In this document: one piece after another, positions 61,106-64,000 of the stretch
How positions within the stretch are numbered: position 1 is the stretch's first letter
Layout of the letters: every line of letters starts with the position of its first letter
Assembly (NCBI GenBank): GCA_964016885.1
Contig: OZ024742.1
Span: forward strand, 226,548,001 to 226,612,000
DNA from: Eledone cirrhosa
Lineage: Eukaryota
Direction of reading: 5' to 3'
Length of the DNA: 64,000 bases
Made by a program: the position numbers and the translations under genes
The notes under the pieces: model-generated
What the model saw: only the letters and a program-made list of their open reading frames with translations
Database searches by the model: none
Told to the model about the DNA's origin: nothing

Positions 61106-61790
61106 TAGTGAGACCTGGGCGCTGAAGGTGGAAGACTTACGTAGATTAGAAAGAAACGAAGCCTGCATGCTCCGATGTATGTGTAATAGTAATATACGCG
61201 AACGGCAAAGCATAAATGAATTGAGAGAGAGACTGAGCATAAGAGGAATCAAATGTTGTGTGCAGGAGAGGCAGTTGCGTTGGACATGTGATGCGTATGA
61301 AGGATGACAGCTGCATAAAAAGGTGCAGAGCACTAGAAGTCAATGGAAACCGCGGAGTGGGGAGACCAAGAAGACCTGGGATGAGGTGATAAAAGCCGAC
61401 CTTACCCAATTACACTTCTCAAAGGTGATGACACACGACTTTGACCTCTGGCGTCATGCAGTAATACAGAGTACCCGACCTTCCATGGGTACAAGCTGAA
61501 GCATATAGACAATATGCCCCCACCCCCACCCACTGCAAAGTGGTCGTGGAGGTGCCACGGCAAAAAAGCACCCAGCCCACACTGTAAAGTGGACGTGTAG
61601 GTGCCACGGAAAAAAAGCACCCAGCACTCACTGTAAATGAGGTTGGTGTTAGGAAGGGCATCCAGCTGTAGAAATCAAGCCAAAATCAGTTCCTGTATGA
61701 GCAAGGCATGGTCAGCCTACCAGACACTGCCCACAACAGGACAACCCTGGAAGAACGGACGTAAAACGGTGATGATGATGATGGTGATGA
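61101..61790 (+). mobile_element. 5'-truncated RTE copy related to the 49-53 kb element
   Basis: GSETWALKVEDLRRLERNEACMLR…GRPRRPG, a 3' UTR with ggttggtgttaggaagggcatccagc, and a (GAT)n tail. Confidence 0.88.
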
Positions 61791-61834
61791 TATATATATA
61801 TATATATATAATGTATAAAAATCAATACAATATA

Positions 61835-61912
61835 ATTACCTCATTACCAGAGGTTTCCCGAATGAGGCGAATACGAAAGAAACGTCTTCATTCGTTCGTC
61901 AGACGAGGCAAT
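61835..61912 (-). ncRNA. Type I hammerhead ribozyme motif (intact)
   Basis: Minus strand: attgcctcgt-CTGACGA-a-cgaatga…tcattcg-g-GAAA-cc-tct-gg-TA^atgaggtaat. Stem I is 10 bp (two G-U), stem II 7 bp, stem III minimal. Predicted cut between 61,845 and 61,844. Confidence 0.8.
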
Positions 61913-61985
61913 ATAAAAAACATGGGTAAATACTTGGAAAGTCTTTCTTGATGAGACTTTCCAAGTATTTACCCATGTTTTTTAT

Positions 61986-62063
61986 ATTGCCTCGTGTGAC
62001 GAACGAATGAAGACGTTTCTTTCGTATTCGCCTCATTCGGGAAACCTCTGGTAATGAAGTAAT
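61986..62063 (+). ncRNA. Hammerhead mirror copy with core mutation (GTGACGA), probably inactive
   Basis: C>G at 61,996 in the CUGANGA box. GAAA at 62,041-62,044 and cc-tct-gg-ta are retained. Confidence 0.5.
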
Positions 62064-62163
62064 TATATTGTATTGATTTTTATACATTAAATTTTGCTCT
62101 GGTACTTACATAGAGCACTCTTCACTTCTATGACCTTTTCTGTTTTCAACGGAAATTTCAATA

Positions 62164-62196
<33 letters not shown>

Positions 62197-62198
<2 letters not shown>

Positions 62199-62580
62199 TC
62201 ATCATCACCGTTTTATGTCCATTTTCCACACTAGAATGGATTAGATGAGTTGTCCTGTTGTGGGCAATGCTAGGTCAAGTAACCATGTCTTGCACATACA
62301 GAACTGATTGGGCTTGGTTTCTATATATGGATGCCCTTCCTAATGCCAAGCTCATTTACAGTGAGTACTGAGTGCTTTTTGTCATGACGCCATCATGACC
62401 ACTTTACAGTGTGAGCTGGGCACTTTTTGCTATCTCGCCATCACAAACACTTTACAGTGTGGGCTGGAGGTTTCACTGGATGTATACTTCAGCTTATCCT
62501 CATGGAAGATGTATGGAAGTGGGTAGGTTGGGGTGAGGCGGTGCATATTATGCTTTATCTTCAGCCTGTGCCCATGATAT
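62197..62580 (-). mobile_element. RTE-type 3' UTR fragment, inverted relative to 61,101-61,790
   Basis: Reverse complement resembles 61,480-61,790 (ggatgcccttcctaa, catttacagtgagt, cctgttgtgggca, catcatcaccgtttt). Confidence 0.72.
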
Positions 62581-62951
62581 ATTCCAGTCAACCTCAAAAA
62601 ATCACTATAGTTTCAGTGCATTAAAGTTAATACTACTTATCCCAATACATGTTAGGGCGCAATAAAACAGAGACATAAGACAAGTTGTAAAATATGTATA
62701 AGATGCTAAATTGATATTTCATTCCCGCCTGCTTATATATATAGAATCTTATACATATTTTATTATATATATACAACTTGTCCTGTGTCTCCCTGTTTTG
62801 TTGCATCCCAATGTGTACTGGAAGGAATAGTATCAACCTAAATGAAATGAAACTATAATGATTTCCTGCCGTTGACTGATGTGAAAGGACTGTTTGTTTT
62901 TCTGGTGTCTTTGTCCTGTGCACCCTTTTTTTAACCCCACCCCACCCACCC

Positions 62952-63047
<96 letters not shown>

Positions 63048-63143
63048 TAGAAGTGGTACTTAATTTGTTGGAATCCGACAAATATAAATGTTTATAACTG
63101 ATTTAGAGCACTCAACAGTTATTGGAGTAAATATTCAATGAGA

Positions 63144-63184
<41 letters not shown>

Positions 63185-63730
63185 TTGCAACTCAATTTCA
63201 AGTAATGCCATTACTTGATACTTAAGCATGAGCATCACAGACATTTTAGTCCTGCTAGGGACTTGTCTATGGCCAGCAATGTCATGCATCGCAAAAAATG
63301 TCACATATCAAGCAATGCCTGTGCTTGAAGCTTTTTTAAAGTGAGGAAAGGCTTTGCATGGGGTCAGTCCCACTCTCTGAATATTGAATGCTTTTACCCA
63401 AAAAGAAAAACTGGTCTACACCATTGGATGCAAATGAAGTTGCAGGTTTTATATCAGAATGACCTTTTCCCAGAGAGATGTCTTAATGAAGACTAGGAGT
63501 TTTTCATTCCACAGAAAAAATTTTATTGGATGGTTGTTGACTCTCCTGAGTTCCTCTGCCCTTTGACGGGTTTTGTTTTTCATCCTGCAAGGTGTCCAAA
63601 ATTACCCTCCTCATCAAGCAAGCTTGGTGGGGTTACCAGTTTAGCCACTGACAACCCAATGAAGCACAGGTTGTACTGGGTTACATGTTACCAGTAGTGT
63701 CGACGAAGAGCGACCTGACATAAGTATAGT

Positions 63731-63768
<38 letters not shown>

Positions 63769-63779
63769 TCACACATTCA

Positions 63780-63968
63780 ACTCTGTAAAGTAGTAGTATA
63801 CTGGTGTCACAATAAAATGCACACAACCTATTCTGTTGGTGTCATGATAACGTGCAGACCCAGTACACTCCGTAAAGTGGTTGGTGTTAGGAAGTGTATC
63901 CAAATGCAACAAGCCGTCCAACCCATGCTAACATAGAAATCAGATATAAAATGGCAGTGGTGATGATG
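63780..63968 (+). mobile_element. RTE-type 3' UTR fragment
   Basis: acactccgtaaagtggttggtgttaggaag…ccgtccaacccatgc…gatgatg. Confidence 0.65.
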
Positions 63969-64000
63969 TCACCCTCTTTCTGAATCGAACTCTATATTCT

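Larger units (their letters stand above)
61809..62166. mobile_element. Palindromic hammerhead-bearing element 2 (Penelope pLTR/retrozyme-like), opposite orientation to element 1
   Basis: Inverted repeat 61,809-61,944 / 61,954-62,089 with a 9-nt loop. Unique flank 62,090-62,166. (TA)n on both sides. Confidence 0.78.

Noticed and set aside
61637-62087. Nearly identical ORFs on both strands (MYKNQYNIITSLPEVSRMRR…)
   Set aside because: A by-product of the palindrome; the conserved signal is the RNA motif, not the peptide.

Overview
Eukaryotic, repeat-dominated DNA. The SINE and RTE repertoire and the (TA)n/(GAT)n microsatellites look cephalopod/octopus-like (inference). Positions 1-~43,555 are one tandem array of about 900 copies of a 48-bp unit with multi-kb higher-order duplications. 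Its right 19.6 kb (24,000-43,595) has no frameshifts and is open in two minus-strand frames: a Pro/Thr mucin-like 16-mer and an Asn-rich 16-mer in which every Asn lies in an N-glycosylation sequon. Its left 24 kb carries recurrent frameshifts. The remaining 20 kb is a transposon graveyard: a near-full-length frameshifted RTE LINE with several truncated relatives, tRNA-derived SINEs, a CR1-type 3' end, a degenerate Helitron (PIF1 helicase plus 3' terminus), a CRE-like RT remnant, and hAT and mariner MITEs. The most notable signal is two diverged ~340-360-bp elements (46,016-46,357 and 61,809-62,166). Each is a ~280-bp near-perfect palindrome inserted in (TA)n whose arms carry type I hammerhead ribozyme motifs, one per strand, and the two share a conserved unique flank. 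They look Penelope-pLTR/retrozyme-like. No conventional host gene could be confidently identified.
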